Made by a program: the position numbers and the translations under genes. Below, piece after piece: positions 45,560-58,510 of a stretch of 64,000 nt of DNA. The stretch comes from Chiloscyllium plagiosum (lineage: Eukaryota): positions 8,461,286-8,525,285 of the forward strand of contig NC_057755.1 of the NCBI RefSeq assembly GCF_004010195.1, given 5' to 3'. The first letter of the stretch is position 1, and every line of letters begins with the position of its first letter. Under the pieces are notes generated by a model. That model saw only the letters and a list, made by a program, of their open reading frames with translations, did not search any database and was not told where the DNA came from.

Positions 45560-46556
45560 TCCATTGTCACTGAGGTCTCATTACGGGGAACAAAGTATAC
45601 CGTTTTGGATACTTGTGAGGGAGGGGGAGCACTTGCCAGGGGTAAGCAGTGGGGTTCAGGCCTCTGGCATGGAGCCTGTCCACGTTGCTCAGAAGGGAAG
45701 GGTGGAGAAGAGCAGAGCAATAGTTATTGGGGACTCGATAGTTTGGGGCACAGATAGGCGGTTTTGTGGGGGCGAGAGAGACTCACGTTTGGTATGTTGC
45801 CTCCCAGGTGCAAGGGTACGTGATGTCTCTGATCATGTTTTCAGGGTCCTTAAGGGGGAGGGGGAGCAGCCCGAAGTCATGGTCCACATTGGCACCAACA
45901 ACATAGGTAGGAAGAGGGCTGAGGATGTTAGGCAGACTTTCAGGGAGCTAGGTTGGAAGCTCAGAGTTAGAACAAACATAGTTGTTGTCTTTGGTTTGTT
46001 ACCAATGCCACGTGATAGAGAGTTGAGGAATAGGGAGAGAGGACTGTTAAATGCGTGGCTACAGGGATGGTGCAGGAGGGAGGGATTCCGGCATCTGGAT
46101 AACTGTGGTTCTTTCTGGGGAAGGTGGGACCTCTATAAACAGGATGGTCTACACCTGAAACTGAGGGGCACCAGTATCCTAGGGGGGAGGTTTGCTAGTG
46201 CTCTTGGGGGGAGTTTAAACTAACTCTGCAGGGGCATGGGAACCTAGACTGTAGCTTTAGGGTGCAGGACCTGGAGTGTCGGGAGTGTAGGAACATGGCA
46301 TCAATCTCAAAGGAGGGTACCTGCAAACAGGAAAGTAGCTTGAAGTGTGTATACTTCAATGCAAGAAGTATACGAAATAAGTTAGGCGAACTTGCAGCGT
46401 GGGTTGGTACCTGGATTTCGATGTTGTGGCTATTACGAAGACATGGGTAGAAAAGGGACAGGATTGGCTGTTGCAGGTTCCAGGGTTTAAATATTTTAGT
46501 AGGGTCAGAGGTGGGGGTAAAAGAGGGGGAGATGTGGCATTGCTTGTCAAAGATAT
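45560..46556 (+). mobile_element. CR1 LINE 5' portion: ORF1 SGNH/GDSL esterase plus start of ORF2 APE endonuclease, 3'-truncated
   Basis: ORF 45564-46223 has IVIGDSIV, CLPGA, VHIGTNN, DGLHL (SGNH blocks). It is followed by CVYFNARSIRNK, DVVAITKTW and GG.VALLVK. Confidence 0.9.
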
Positions 46557-48862
46557 TCAGGAGGCCAGGCCAATTTTCATTTTCTTTCAATTCGGGGGGA
46601 GTTGAGACCCATGACCTATCCACCGGAATCCCAGATTTTGATCAGTTACCTCTCTCCACTCAAGTATTGAACCTTGGCACTGTCTGGTCTGTATATCTCA
46701 CAGAACCCTTCACCAGCTAGCTCTTGGACAGAGCTTCCAAATCCAAATGGAAGTTCTACCATGGGTTTGAGAGGGTTGAAGGGGCTGGAAGTGTTAAAAG
46801 TGCACAGTGTTCACGTTGACCAATCCATTGACTATGTACAGCATGAAGGTCGTTTACTTTTCCTGCATAGCCCTGGCTGAAATATATTTGATTATTTGCA
46901 GCCTTGTGATTTGGAATGGAACAAGACATCCAGTAACAAACATTTTTGAAGTTGGGTGCCTAGATCAAAGTCATTCCATCCCAGTTACCTTCCCATGCTC
47001 TGTCTCAGAACAGACCAGTATGAAGAATCTGCACAGTGCACACTATCAAGCTGCACTATTGCTGCAATCATTGAATTGGAGAGTTGTGATCAGAAAGCCA
47101 AGACTTCTAACAATGGATGATTGAATCACTACTCTATAGGTTTACATCCAAAATGTAATCGTAGGGCAGTCAAAGGTCTCCTTTTTTGATGGCCAGTCAA
47201 CACTTAATGTATTCTGGAAGGGTAGTTCAGGATGTGGTCGTGACTCGTGTTCGACTTCGCTCTAAACAATTTGTAACATGACGCCGTATCAGATGCTTGA
47301 ACATTGATTCCATTTGTACTCCTATCCTGTGGTTTCAACTAACCTTTCAATGCTGTTTTTTTTCTTACTTCTTTCATTTGCTTCATTTATGCATTAAGTG
47401 GTTGCTTAGATTTAAGGTAAGAGATCTCAGTGCTTCTCCGCCATCCTATTGCTGTGCTGAGGATATTACAGACTGGGTGGTTAAATGCTGCAGAGTTTAT
47501 GCCCTTTAAAGGGAAGATATACTATCATGCCTAAGGGTGTAGATTCAGCCTTTACACTGATAATATTTTGAAAATTTGTAGACTTCAGTGATGCTGTATT
47601 TTAAAACCAAACCCTCTGTCATAAAGGAGAACAGCAAATTTCTGCAAAGCGTTTGATGCATAATCTGGAATTTGTAGTATGTAAAAAATTTATTATGCAC
47701 TGGGGAGACCAGACAATGGGTAACCTGGAAATGTGCTGGGAGTAGCCCAAGACTAATGACACTGTGCCCGAGCTTCAGACACATGTTGATTCGACATTGA
47801 CGTTTTCCTGGAACCCAAACATCTTGGAAATAAGAGAGGTGCTGTTGCGCCTCTCAGGTATACCTTCAGGTACGCTGGGGCAGCAGTGGCATGTTGATTG
47901 ACTCAGTAATCTCTAAAGACTGCCTACATAATATTGTCCACCTCCCCCATTAACTCATGCCACCTGCCACTCAAATCCTAATCAGTGCCTTAGTTCCAGT
48001 TTCTGCTATTTCACTGCTCTCCTGGCTGTCTCCTATCCTCCACTCCACGTAAACTGGACCCCACTCAAAACATTGCTCCCCTTATTCTATCCCATTTCCA
48101 ATCCAACTCACCCATGCATCTAACTGCTGGTGTTGCTGGACTCTTGGTTCTTGTGTGTCTCATTGTTCCTTTGTTCCACCATTGGTGGCAGTACCTTCAG
48201 CCACTGATAACACTCTCACTGAAATTTTGACTCTAGATCTCTCCACTTCTCTGATTCCTCCTTTAGACCCTCTTAAAATCTACCTCTAATCCAAGTGTTT
48301 AGTCTTTCCTACTGGAGATCCCTTCTGTGACTCAGTTTTTTTTTCCCAGTTAATCTACTGTGGGCCATTTATTTATTTGGTTACTCTTCTAGTTGTGTTC
48401 AACATTGTTGCACAGCACCAGGGCGACCATTTTGGGTGGTGAGGTATTGAGGTCCTGGTCTATATTCTGTCAGATTCTTTCTTCCCCCACTTCATCAGTT
48501 GCTGTCAGTTCTGGTATTGGTTAACCACAGAAAGACCTGTTGCTGTTCACTGGACTTGAGACTCATCCCTGGGTGAGATCTTCTGGTTTTGATGACTCTT
48601 CTTAAAAGTACATTAGGAGTATAGGTTTGTATGGGAATTTGGATTACTTCTACCATTCAATACAACAGTAACTCGGAAGCCCACTGTGGGCCGGACATGA
48701 AGAAAATTGACACCTGGATGCTCATAGTTTGGCCCTACCAGTTGAATCCTACAGATTTGTGTCTGGAGGACTCCACCACTGAGCTCTAAATATTCAGACT
48801 AGATAAATAACCAAATATGCTCTAAAATTCATGTAGAGGTGGAAAGCAATAGCTTTTAAGAA

Positions 48863-49605
48863 TAACAAAAAGATGGGGTACTGGGCTAATGGTCGGATAC
48901 TTGGTAGTGTGGATGAGCAGAGGGATCTTGGTGTCCATGTACACAAATCTTTTAAAGTTGCCACCCAGGTAAATAGTGCTGTGAAGAAGGCATATGGCGT
49001 ACTGGCTTTTATTGGTAGAGGAATTGAGTTCCGGAGTCCTGAGGTCATGTTGCAGTTGTATAAGACTCTGGTGCGGCCGCATCTGGAGTATTGTGTGCAG
49101 TTTTGGTCGCCATACTATAGGAAGGATGTGGAGGCACTGGAATTGGTGCAGAGGAGGTTTACCAGGATGTTGCCTGGTATGGTAGGAAGATCATATGAGG
49201 AAAGGCTGAGGCACTTGGGGCTGTTTTCATTGGAGAAAAGAAGGTTTTGGGGTGACTTGATAAAGGTGTACAAGATGATTAGGGGTTTCGATAGGGTTGA
49301 CCATGAGAACCTTTATCCACATCTGGAGTCAGCTATTATGAGGGGGCATAGCTTTAAATTAAGGGGTGGTAGGTATAGGACAGATGTTAGTGGTAGATTC
49401 TTTACTCAGCGAGTCATGAGTACATGGAATGCCCTGTCAGTAGCAGTGGTGGACTCTCCCTCTTTATGGGCATTTAAACGGGCATTGGATAGGCATATGG
49501 AGGATAGTGGGCTAGTGTAGGTTAGGTGGGCTTGGATCGGCGCAACATCGAGGGCCAAAGGGCCTGTACTGCGCTGTATTTTGTCTATGTTTCTATGTTT
49601 CTATG
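48863..49605 (+). mobile_element. Young CR1 3' end with open ORF2 C-terminus
   Basis: 215-aa uninterrupted frame ([28 protein letters not shown]); (TTTCTATG)n tail. Confidence 0.95.
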
Positions 49606-50374
49606 GTTTCCAAAACATCATCATGAATCTGGACTCAACATGGGTTTGCAGCATTATTGCCATGCTTTGGGCATTTTGCTCTTCCTGATAATAAGAACAA
49701 ACTCAATTCTCTTTCACACCATGGTGAACATGTAAATTGCGTGTCGCACTTCTCTCTTTGGAGTGAGCACACACGTGTGCATCTTTAACAAGGTTACAAA
49801 AGCGGCTGCCTTCTGAGATTCAGCTTTCAGCCCGTTCAGGTTGATCAGTTTGCCGTCCGTGCAGTAATGTATTGGTCACGTCTAGGGAAACGCTGGGAGA
49901 AATCAAATGGACGTTATTGTAATGCCTCAGTCCTGTGAGTCACTGATTTCGATAGTGGGGAGTCTTCAGTCAAGTCATTACACAGTCCTGCTAGTCGTGT
50001 GTTACCACACAATAAACAGACAATGTTTGCAAATGTAATTGGGCATCCACACAGCATTAGCACACCCAAGTGGGCAATGAGGCACTACTATGAGATCGTG
50101 GAAAGTCGTGAATAAAACATACAACAATGCATTTTTTAAAACATGTCTTGAAGTTCGGCATCATAGGGTCATGTTGGATGATCCTCTGAGTGTCAAAATC
50201 CTGCTCTGCCTTAAAATGCCTAAACAACAATCCTGGTTTATGTATCCAGAGGGAGCCATGGTGTCTGCAACGCTGGTGTTCTCACAACAAACACTCTGAC
50301 GTTTTGTGGGTCTCCTGCTGCAAAGAAAATGCAATCCAGACAATTGCGATGGGTCTGCACAGAATCTTCCATTC

Positions 50375-51130
50375 GATTTATTATTAGCACATGCACCAAG
50401 ATGCAGTGAGAAGTACTGTTTTATGTGTTATTCAGGCAGATCATACCACATGAACTGACATCAGGGTAATAGATCAGAGAACAGAATTCAGTGTTACAGC
50501 CCACCAAGATGCAGAGAGAGCGAGAGAGAGAGATCAACTGTAATATTTTGAGAGGTTCACTCAAAAGTCTGATAACAGCAGGGAAGGTGCTGTTCTAGAA
50601 GCTGTTTGTTCGATAATTTTAACATTTGTATCTTCTGTCCAAAAGAAGAGGGTGGAAGAATGTATAACTGGGGTGGGGGGGTGTTTGACTATGTTGGCTG
50701 CTTTCCCAAGACAGTGGGATGTGTAGATAGAGTCAATTGAGGGAGGACTAGTTTGTGTGATGGACTGGGATGTGTTCATGACTCTCTGTCGTTTCTTGTG
50801 GTCGTGGGAAGAGCAGTTGCCAAACTGTGGTGTGATGCATCTAAATAGGATGCTTTCATTGGTGCATTAATAAAAAGTTGTAACACATTGAGGACATGTC
50901 GAATTTCCTGAGCTTCCTGAGGAAGTAGCGGCATTGCTGCACTTTCTTGACTGTAGCATCAATGTCGGTGGTCTAGGACAGAGTGTTGGTAATTGTTAGT
51001 TCAAGGAGGAGGATGCGTTTGACCATCCTCCACCTCAGCACCACTGAGGTGGTGTGCCCTCCACTCCACTTGCTGAAGTCAATGACCAGATCTTTGATTT
51101 TCCTAATGTTGGTGGAGAGACTGTTGTCTT
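50375..51130 (-). mobile_element. Rex1/Babar-like LINE 3' fragment
   Basis: Minus strand QDNSLSTNIRKIKDLVIDFSK and [19 protein letters not shown]. Confidence 0.7.
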
Positions 51131-51560
51131 GCTGATGTTGATGAAGAGATTATTCTCTTGCTGATGATAGTGGAGACACTGTTGTCTTGCTGACGTAGAT
51201 GGAGAGATTGTTCTCTTGCTGGTGTTGATGGGGAGACTGTTGTCTTGCTGATGTTGGTGGAGGGAGTGTTCTCTTGCTGATGTTGGTGGAGGGAGTGTTC
51301 TCTTGCTGATGTTGGTGGAAAACTGTTGTCTTGCTGATGTTGATAAGAGTCTGTTGTCTTGCTGACGTTCACAGAGAGATTATTGTCTTGCTGACGTTGA
51401 TGGAGAGACTGTTGTATTGCTGATGATGTTGGGGAGACTGTTGTATTGCTGATGTTGATGGAGAGACTGCTGTCTTGCTGATGTTGATGGGGAGACTGTT
51501 GTCTTGCTGGTGTTGATGGGGAGACTGTTGTCTTGCTGACGTTGATGGAGACATTCTTGT
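51103..51560. repeat. 29-bp minisatellite GAGACTGTTGTCTTGCTGATGTTGATGG(A/G), about 15 copies
   Basis: Direct periodicity. Confidence 0.95.
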
Positions 51561-52920
51561 CTCATAGTGCTCATAATTCTGCTGATTATGGGAGCTGTCT
51601 GCCCCTCTGCAAAATACGCTTTCCCACCTGGCAAATCCCCCTATGATCTGTGCACAGGACGTGTTCCTGATCTTTCCTGCTTGTCAGCCTTCCCAAGCTT
51701 CAAGCTGAACTCAGTGGTGTATGCACGTGCCCCCCTCTGTTTCTCCTGTCGGCTGTGGAGGTAGACATTTATGGGAAAGACATACAAGAAGGTTAGCATG
51801 ACAATGAATTTGAGAATTGGCTGCCTCTGCAAGGTTACAAGTAAAATAAAATGAGAAAGCGAGTCTCCAGGTCGAAGTCATCTCACACAACTCTCATCAA
51901 CCAAGTAACCCAAACTGAACTCATCCCATTCACCTGCATTTGGTCCATTTTCCTCTAAACCTTTCCTATTCATGCATCTTTACCTATTATGGAACAGCTG
52001 GACAATCTACCAAATCTGCCTCTGTTAGTTTTTTTGCAAGAGCTATCTACTGGACTTCACTGTACATGATTGCCCTCATCCCCAAATCATTTGGAGTTTA
52101 CTGGAATTTTCAATTGTTACAATTTTCTTGCTTTTTCATGTCCCTATTTGAATACTGTGATTATAACTCTCATCCCCTTCCAATTAATGTCAAATTACCA
52201 TCATTCATTCCTTGAACAGATGCATCATCAAGTCACCTCTGCTTCGTCTTCTGAATTTGTTGTCCTGCTTCTAATTAACATTATCAGTAGAAACAGTTTC
52301 TCCTCACTGTCCCTGTTAAAAGATCCCAATTTTTCAAACACCCCATTAAGCCTTCTCTCTAATTTATCTGTGCCAGAGAACAATAATGACTTTCTTCATA
52401 CAACTCCGCGTCCTCATTTGTGACTGCATTCACTTACACATGTTCATTAAAGACTCTGCATCATTTCTAGTCTGCACAGTGATGTATATTGTCCCACAGA
52501 GAGGGGCACGCTCTTAGAGTGAGCTTGGGCTTAACTCATACCTTATCAGCTGGTACTCTCGAGAAATCAGCAAAGGAATGATATACTTCAAATAATGTGA
52601 TCTACCATGTTGTTCGAGTATTTATACTGCAAACAAAGCATACCCTCTGATTTACATTGCTCTTACTTACTGTGTATTTTTACATTAATTTTCAGAGGTG
52701 TGTTGATGGTTTAACTTCAATTTTTCATCGATTCAGGACTCCTAAAGACCTGGGGTTGACGTCATCATTGAAAGCAGCCCAATGACAGAGGCATCACAAA
52801 TTCCACTCACGGACTGTCTTTCTGTGTGTCAACCTGTCTGTGTCAGAGTTTTTCTCTCTCTATATATATCTCTCTCTCTGTCTCTATCGCTCTCTCTGTC
52901 TTTCATGCTCTCTGTCTCTT

Positions 52921-53281
52921 GAAATTCCTGATGAAGGGCCACAGCCCGAAACATCAATTCCCCTGCTCCTCGGATACTGCCTGACCTGCTGTGTTTTTCC
53001 AGCAACACTCTCTCAACTCTGATCTCCAGCATCTGCAGTCCTCACTTCCACCTAGTTGATTTCAACCTGATTGCGAAGCCTCTTCCAAGGATGACTACCT
53101 TGACAAAGTTCTCCACCTCTCTCTGCAAAGATCTCAGTGAGTCCTTCTCTCACTGTACTCCCCAAGTCCTCTCTTCTGGACTCATTCCTGATAAAGGGCT
53201 TCGGCCCGAAATGTGAATTCTCCTGCTCCTCGGATGCTGCCTGACCTGCTGTGCTTTTCCAGCAACACACTCTCGACTCTT
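52921..53281 (+). mobile_element. Tandem pair of Penelope-type terminal repeats, each starting with a hammerhead motif
   Basis: attc-CTGATGA-a-GGGC-caca-GCCC-GAAA-catc at 52924-52955 and attc-CTGATAA-a-GGGC-ttcg-GCCC-GAAA-tgt-gaat at 53184-53218, each followed by cctgctcctcggat.ctgcctgacctgctgtg. Confidence 0.8.
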
Positions 53282-53295
53282 GAAATCTCCCAAGT

Positions 53296-54020
53296 CATAC
53301 AGTCATCCAATATGTAAACAGACCTTTTGGTCTAACTCCTCCTCACTGACCAGTTATCCCAAACTGGACTAATTCCATTTGCCCACATTTGGCCCATTTC
53401 CCTCTAAACCTTTCCTATTGATGTACCTGTCCAAATATCTTTTCAAAGTTGTAATTGTATCTGCATCTAACACTTCCTCTGGCAGCTCATTCCATACATA
53501 CACCATTCCCTGTTTAAAAAAGTTAACCCTCAGGTCCCTTTTAAATCTTTCCCCTCTCACCTTAAACCTATGCCTACTAGTTGTGGACTCCCCCACCCAA
53601 GGGAAAAGACCTTGGCTATTTAACCAATCCATATTCCTCCTGATTTTATAAACATCCATAAGGTCACCCCTCAGCCCCCGACGCTCCAAGGGAAATATCT
53701 ACCTGAGGTTCTGGTCAAGAAAAAGGAACAATTGGGATTGAGTGAATCCCTGGAGGAGTATAGGGACAGTAGGAATACATTTGAGAGGGAAATCAGGAGG
53801 GCACAAATGAGACATGAGGTAGCTGAAGAAGGGTTATACCTGAAAAGTTGACTTCTTCACCTCCTCATGCTGTCTGGCTTGCTGTGCTCCTTCAGCCTCT
53901 TCCTTGTCTAAATGAGGTTAAGGAGAATCCAAAGAGATTCTAAAGTACATTAAGTAACTAGGGAGAAAATAGGGCCCCTTAAAGATCAACATTGTGCAGA
54001 ACCACAGGAGATGGGTGAGA
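53296..54020. mobile_element. CR1 fragments (minus 3' end 53296-53695; plus ORF2 piece 53700-54020 with a Penelope repeat at 53822-53910)
   Basis: LRGDLMDVYKI...WNELPEE; KENPKRF remnant. Confidence 0.8.
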
Positions 54021-54079
54021 TAGTCTTTATCATACAAATTAATTGTGTTTGTCTCTTCAATGACAGCTGAATCTCAATT

Positions 54080-54796
54080 CAGAGAGCATGCATGTGTGGG
54101 AGAGAGTATGCATGTATGACAGAAAGAGAGTGTGCACATACGATAGAGTGTGTGTGAGAGTCAAAGAGTGTGCATGAGTGAGAAAGAGTGTGTGCGTGTG
54201 CAAGAGAGAAAGAGAGAGCATGCATGCATCAGAATGCATGTGCACATGGGAAAGAAAGCAGGTGTATGTAAGAGAAATAGAATGTGTGCCTGCGTGGATG
54301 TGTGCAGGTGCAAGAGAGAAAGAAAGTGATTTCATGTCAGAGAGAAAGAGTGTGCTCGCACATGCGAAAAAGTGTGCGCGTGTGAGAGAGTGTGTGTACA
54401 CGACTAAGATAAAGAGCACATGTTTGGGAGAGACTGTGTGTGCATGAGAGAAAGAGACTGTGTGCATGCATGAGAAAGAGAGTGAGCACGTGTGTGCGTG
54501 AGAGAGAGAGAGAGTGTGTGTGTATGCGCCGGAGAGAATGTGTGTGCAATCGTGACGCAGAGTGTGTGCGTGAGAGAGAGAAAGAATGTACACGCATGCA
54601 AGAAAGAAAAAGTGTGTGTGAGTGAAAGACTGAATGAGATGTGCAAGTGTGGGTGTGTACACGTGTGAGAGAGCAAGTGAATGAGAGAGACGGACAGTGT
54701 ATGGTCAGTGGATTACTGGGATAGAGACACAAGCACATGGATTACATACAATCACACTGTGGAGTGACAGCATTGACACTGAAACTGCACGCAGAT

Positions 54797-54833
<37 letters not shown>

Positions 54834-54865
54834 CTTGGTCTCTCTTCACAAACACACACACACAA
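54080..54865. repeat. (TG/GA) low-complexity tract and (CA)n microsatellite at about 54799-54831
   Basis: Direct reading. Confidence 0.85.
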
Positions 54866-57800
54866 AGATATTTTTGTGACAATATTTGAGCTCAGACCCT
54901 CACTGACTCTCCCTCCTCTGACAAAACCTGTGTATAGTGCCCATGAAATCCCCAGTCCTCTGTTGGGGGTGAAATATGTGTGTGTCTGTGTGTGTGTGGG
55001 AGTGGAGTTGGGGTGGGGGGGAAGGGGAAGTGGTGATGGCACGGAGCAGAGAGGGGTGAAATGTGGGTGTTGAGAGGCAGGCATTTGATCAATGCCTTAT
55101 GTTCCCAAACTCTGCCAACATTTTTGAGAAAGGGAATCAAGGAACGAAATAAGAGTTTGAAAGTCAAGTTAGAAATGGCTGCATGTAGGGAAAGACAGAT
55201 TATAGACAGAGAGACACAGGGACAGAGAGAGAGAGAGAGAGGGAGAGAGATAGAGACAGGCAGACAGACAGAGAAACAGAGAGTTTGATTCTGGAAACCA
55301 CACATAGAGCAGGAAAATTCCTAGAGATCCTCAGCAGATATCCCCCTCTCTTTCCAGTTGTATGTGTGCCTCGGGTTCTCTACAGTCAGGCTCCTAGGTG
55401 GAAGTGTGGGACCAATGTTTAATATTTTCAAACTGGACTGACATTACTAACAAGTCTTAAAAAAGGAATTTAACAAACTAGGAATGGTGATGTCGTATTT
55501 TCCTAGAATTAGTATCTCGGTGCACAGCAAGATCCAACAAGGCTCCTGTCCTGGGAATTAACATCTCAATCACACAGAGGCCTCCACAGGGAGCAGACTG
55601 ATAGATGTTGCAATATGCCAGAGACTGCAGGGGTGGAGTCCACAAACCCCTCACTGAGAATAAATGTGGAAAAGAAATTGTCAGGTTAATCCTCAAACCC
55701 TGTTCTCTCTCTCTCTCTCTCTATTGAGAGTGAGCATCTCTCCCTGTCAGATTGAGATTGTGCGTATATGTGTGTTTGTTTATTAATGTTTCCAGGCTCT
55801 GGTTATCTCGTGATTTCTTTGTATTTTGATGTTGCTGTGATGTTATGCAATGCATTGGGGATGGAGATCGGGAAGGGTGGGGGTGCATTTAAACCTGGGA
55901 TCTTGCTATGTAATTTACATCAAATTTCTCTTTCTCCCCCCACTTTCAACTCACCTTTTCCCTCTTTTATCTCGAGTAAGTTCTGTTTGGAAAACTGCAA
56001 AGTGAAGATCCAAAATTACTGGGGCCAGGAAAGGCTTGGAAAAGATCAACTTCCAAAGGGGGAGCATAGGCCTGAGGCCTGTTCACCAGGCTGCACCTTG
56101 TGGTGTCCAGGTGAGTTGTGGTCTGTTTATGACCCCGAAGTGTCATCTCCTCTGGTGGGGATTGGGGGAAGCCTGGTTTGTAGGGGTCTGTGGTTAACTG
56201 AGTCCTGTCAGATTGTGGCCCAATCATTTTTTAAAACAGGTTTTAAATCTGTGGTTAAACTAACTCGGACTGTAACACAAACAGGTTAACTTCCAGGATC
56301 TGGGAGGCAGAAATCCACGAGGTGGGAATTAAACCTAAAATATCTGAACCTCTCAAAAGGCTTGTTATAATGTCAGAGTAATATGAGTCACAGACAGGAC
56401 AGGTTCACTAAAGTTGACATTGTGAGAAGGTGAGTGAGAGAAAGAATTGGAAAATGGAAAGCGCAGGAGAAACAGAAGAAAAGGGGGAGAGAGGGAGAGA
56501 GGCATTGTGAGATTGTGAAATAAAAATACTTGATTATGGAGTGACAGGAAATAGTTAAACCAAACCAGCATCACAGAGGGAAATAAAAATGATCAGATTA
56601 TTGAGCTGTTGCTGCATTGTTGGTGCATGTGGGATCTTTCTGTGCATCAATTGCCCCATGCCATTGTTGCAGGCACTGAGTGTTTTAATCAGCTAATCTG
56701 TTATTTGAAAGGTTTTTCAACATGAGAACTCAACTCATCGCCCAATATGTTTGGATGTCACTGAGAGAGTGCCTGTGTCACTGAGAGGGGAAAACCTATT
56801 CTAGATATGCTACACCCCTCTAGGAGTTTCCTTGCTTTCCCTTTCAACTCATCGAACGTAGAACATAGAACAATACAGCACAGAACAGGCCTTTTGGCTC
56901 TTGATGTTGCGCCGACCTGTGAACTATTCTCAGCTCGTCCCCCTACACTATCTCAAAATCATCCATGTGCTTATCTAAGGATTGTTTAAATCTCCCTAAT
57001 GCTGCCTCTTTCCTCCAAAGGGATCTTTCTAGTCACTTGAAGATTCAAAGAGAGAGAGTTTGGGACCAGGAAACTTTCAAACAAGAGCTTTCTACAGAGG
57101 GGCACACACTCCTGAGGCCTGTTTGACAGGCTGCACCCCGTGAAGCCCAGGTGAGTGTTGTCTGCTTATCATGTCAAGGTTAAATCTCCTCTCTGGGGTT
57201 GGGGAGGGACGTCTGGTAACTGGGTCATGTAGGATTGTGGCCCTGTCATTTTTAAAACAGGTTTGAAGCCTGGGGTAAAAGTAAACAGGGCCTTAGGTTT
57301 TAACAAAACACGACAATCCCCAGCGAGTGTCTGACAGACAGAGGACTCCCCAAGAACAGAATTAAAGCCTTAAGTGAGAAACTCTCCAAAGAACTGTTCT
57401 CTGAGACAAAATGAGATGTATATAGGCCAGTGGGCTAAAATGTGATAGTCACTTAAATAAAACACAGGCTGGCCATTTCAATTCAATTCACTGAGTCTCT
57501 GGAAGGGCTTCTCTCTCTTTCTTTCTCTCCAGTTTTCTTTTGCTGAGTTTTCAAACAGAGAAAACTGTTCCACAGACAACAAAGTGAGCTGTTGTTATTT
57601 AAAGTGGGGCGGGGGGGTGAATAAAGATTTCAGTGTACAGGATTAAATCGGAGAGAGAGGTATCAGAGATGGAGAGAGAACGAGAGGAGGAAGAGAGCGA
57701 GAAAAAGTGAGAGATGGAACAAAGAAGAAAGGGGGAAATGTTTGGAAATGTTAAACAGTAGGATCGGGTCCTTTCTGTCATCCTGGAAACAGATTCGAAA

Positions 57801-58192
57801 CCTTAACCCACATCAGTTAAAAACATGATCTGTCTGTGGTCACACTGCTGCTTGTGGGATCTTGTTGTCTGTGTTTATTCATGTTTCCAGTCTCTGGTCA
57901 ACTGCTCTGTGGTGATTTCTTTGTATTTTGATTTTGATGTGATGTTATGCAATGCAATGGGAATGGGATTGCTTTTAAACCTGGAATCTTATTCTGTAAT
58001 TTTGTATCAAAGTAATCTCACTCCCCCCTTTCAACTCATTTTTTCTCTCTTATATCTCGAGGAACTTATGTTGGGAAAGCTGCAAAGTGAAGATCCAAAA
58101 TGACTGGGGCCAGGAAAGCCTTGGATAAGAACAACATCTGGGGGGGAGGGGGCTGGGGGGGAGGGGGCGGGGGGGGGGGGGGGGTGGCATGA

Positions 58193-58510
58193 TTAGAATA
58201 GATTCCCTACAGTGTGGGAACAGGACATTCAGCCCAACAAGTCCACACCGACCCTCCGAAGAGTAACCCACCCAGACCCATTTCCCCCGACTAATGCACC
58301 TAACACTGTGGGCAATTAGGCATGGCCAATTCACCTGATCTACACATCTTTAGACTGTGGAAGGAAACCAGAGCACCTGGAGGAAACCCACACAGACACA
58401 GGGAGAATGTGCAAACACCACACAGACATTCATCTGGGGCTGGAATCGAACCCAGGTCCCAGGTCACTGCTGTGAGGCAGCAGTGCTAACCACTGAGCCA
58501 CTGGCCGCCC
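58193..58510 (-). mobile_element. HE1/V-SINE inserted in the second duplication unit
   Basis: Similar to 17396-17700; absent from the paralogous position near 56060. Confidence 0.85.

Noticed and set aside
46560..47520. Possible RTE/L1 endonuclease remnant on the minus strand
   Set aside because: Candidate motifs occur in the wrong order and cannot be supported by eye.
49765..49945. CACACGTGTG palindrome (E-box) and TGAGTCA (AP-1) in a non-repeat patch
   Set aside because: Short motifs expected by chance in 64 kb; no independent support.
53814..53918. Apparent ATGAGGT target-site duplication around the Penelope repeat
   Set aside because: Both copies can be explained as diverged host CR1 sequence; not secure.
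50160..55660. Minus-strand acceptor-like sites near 50317, 51828 and 55653 suggesting another gene
   Set aside because: Following frames are short or stop-containing, no consistent donor chain, no recognisable protein. A non-coding transcript cannot be excluded.
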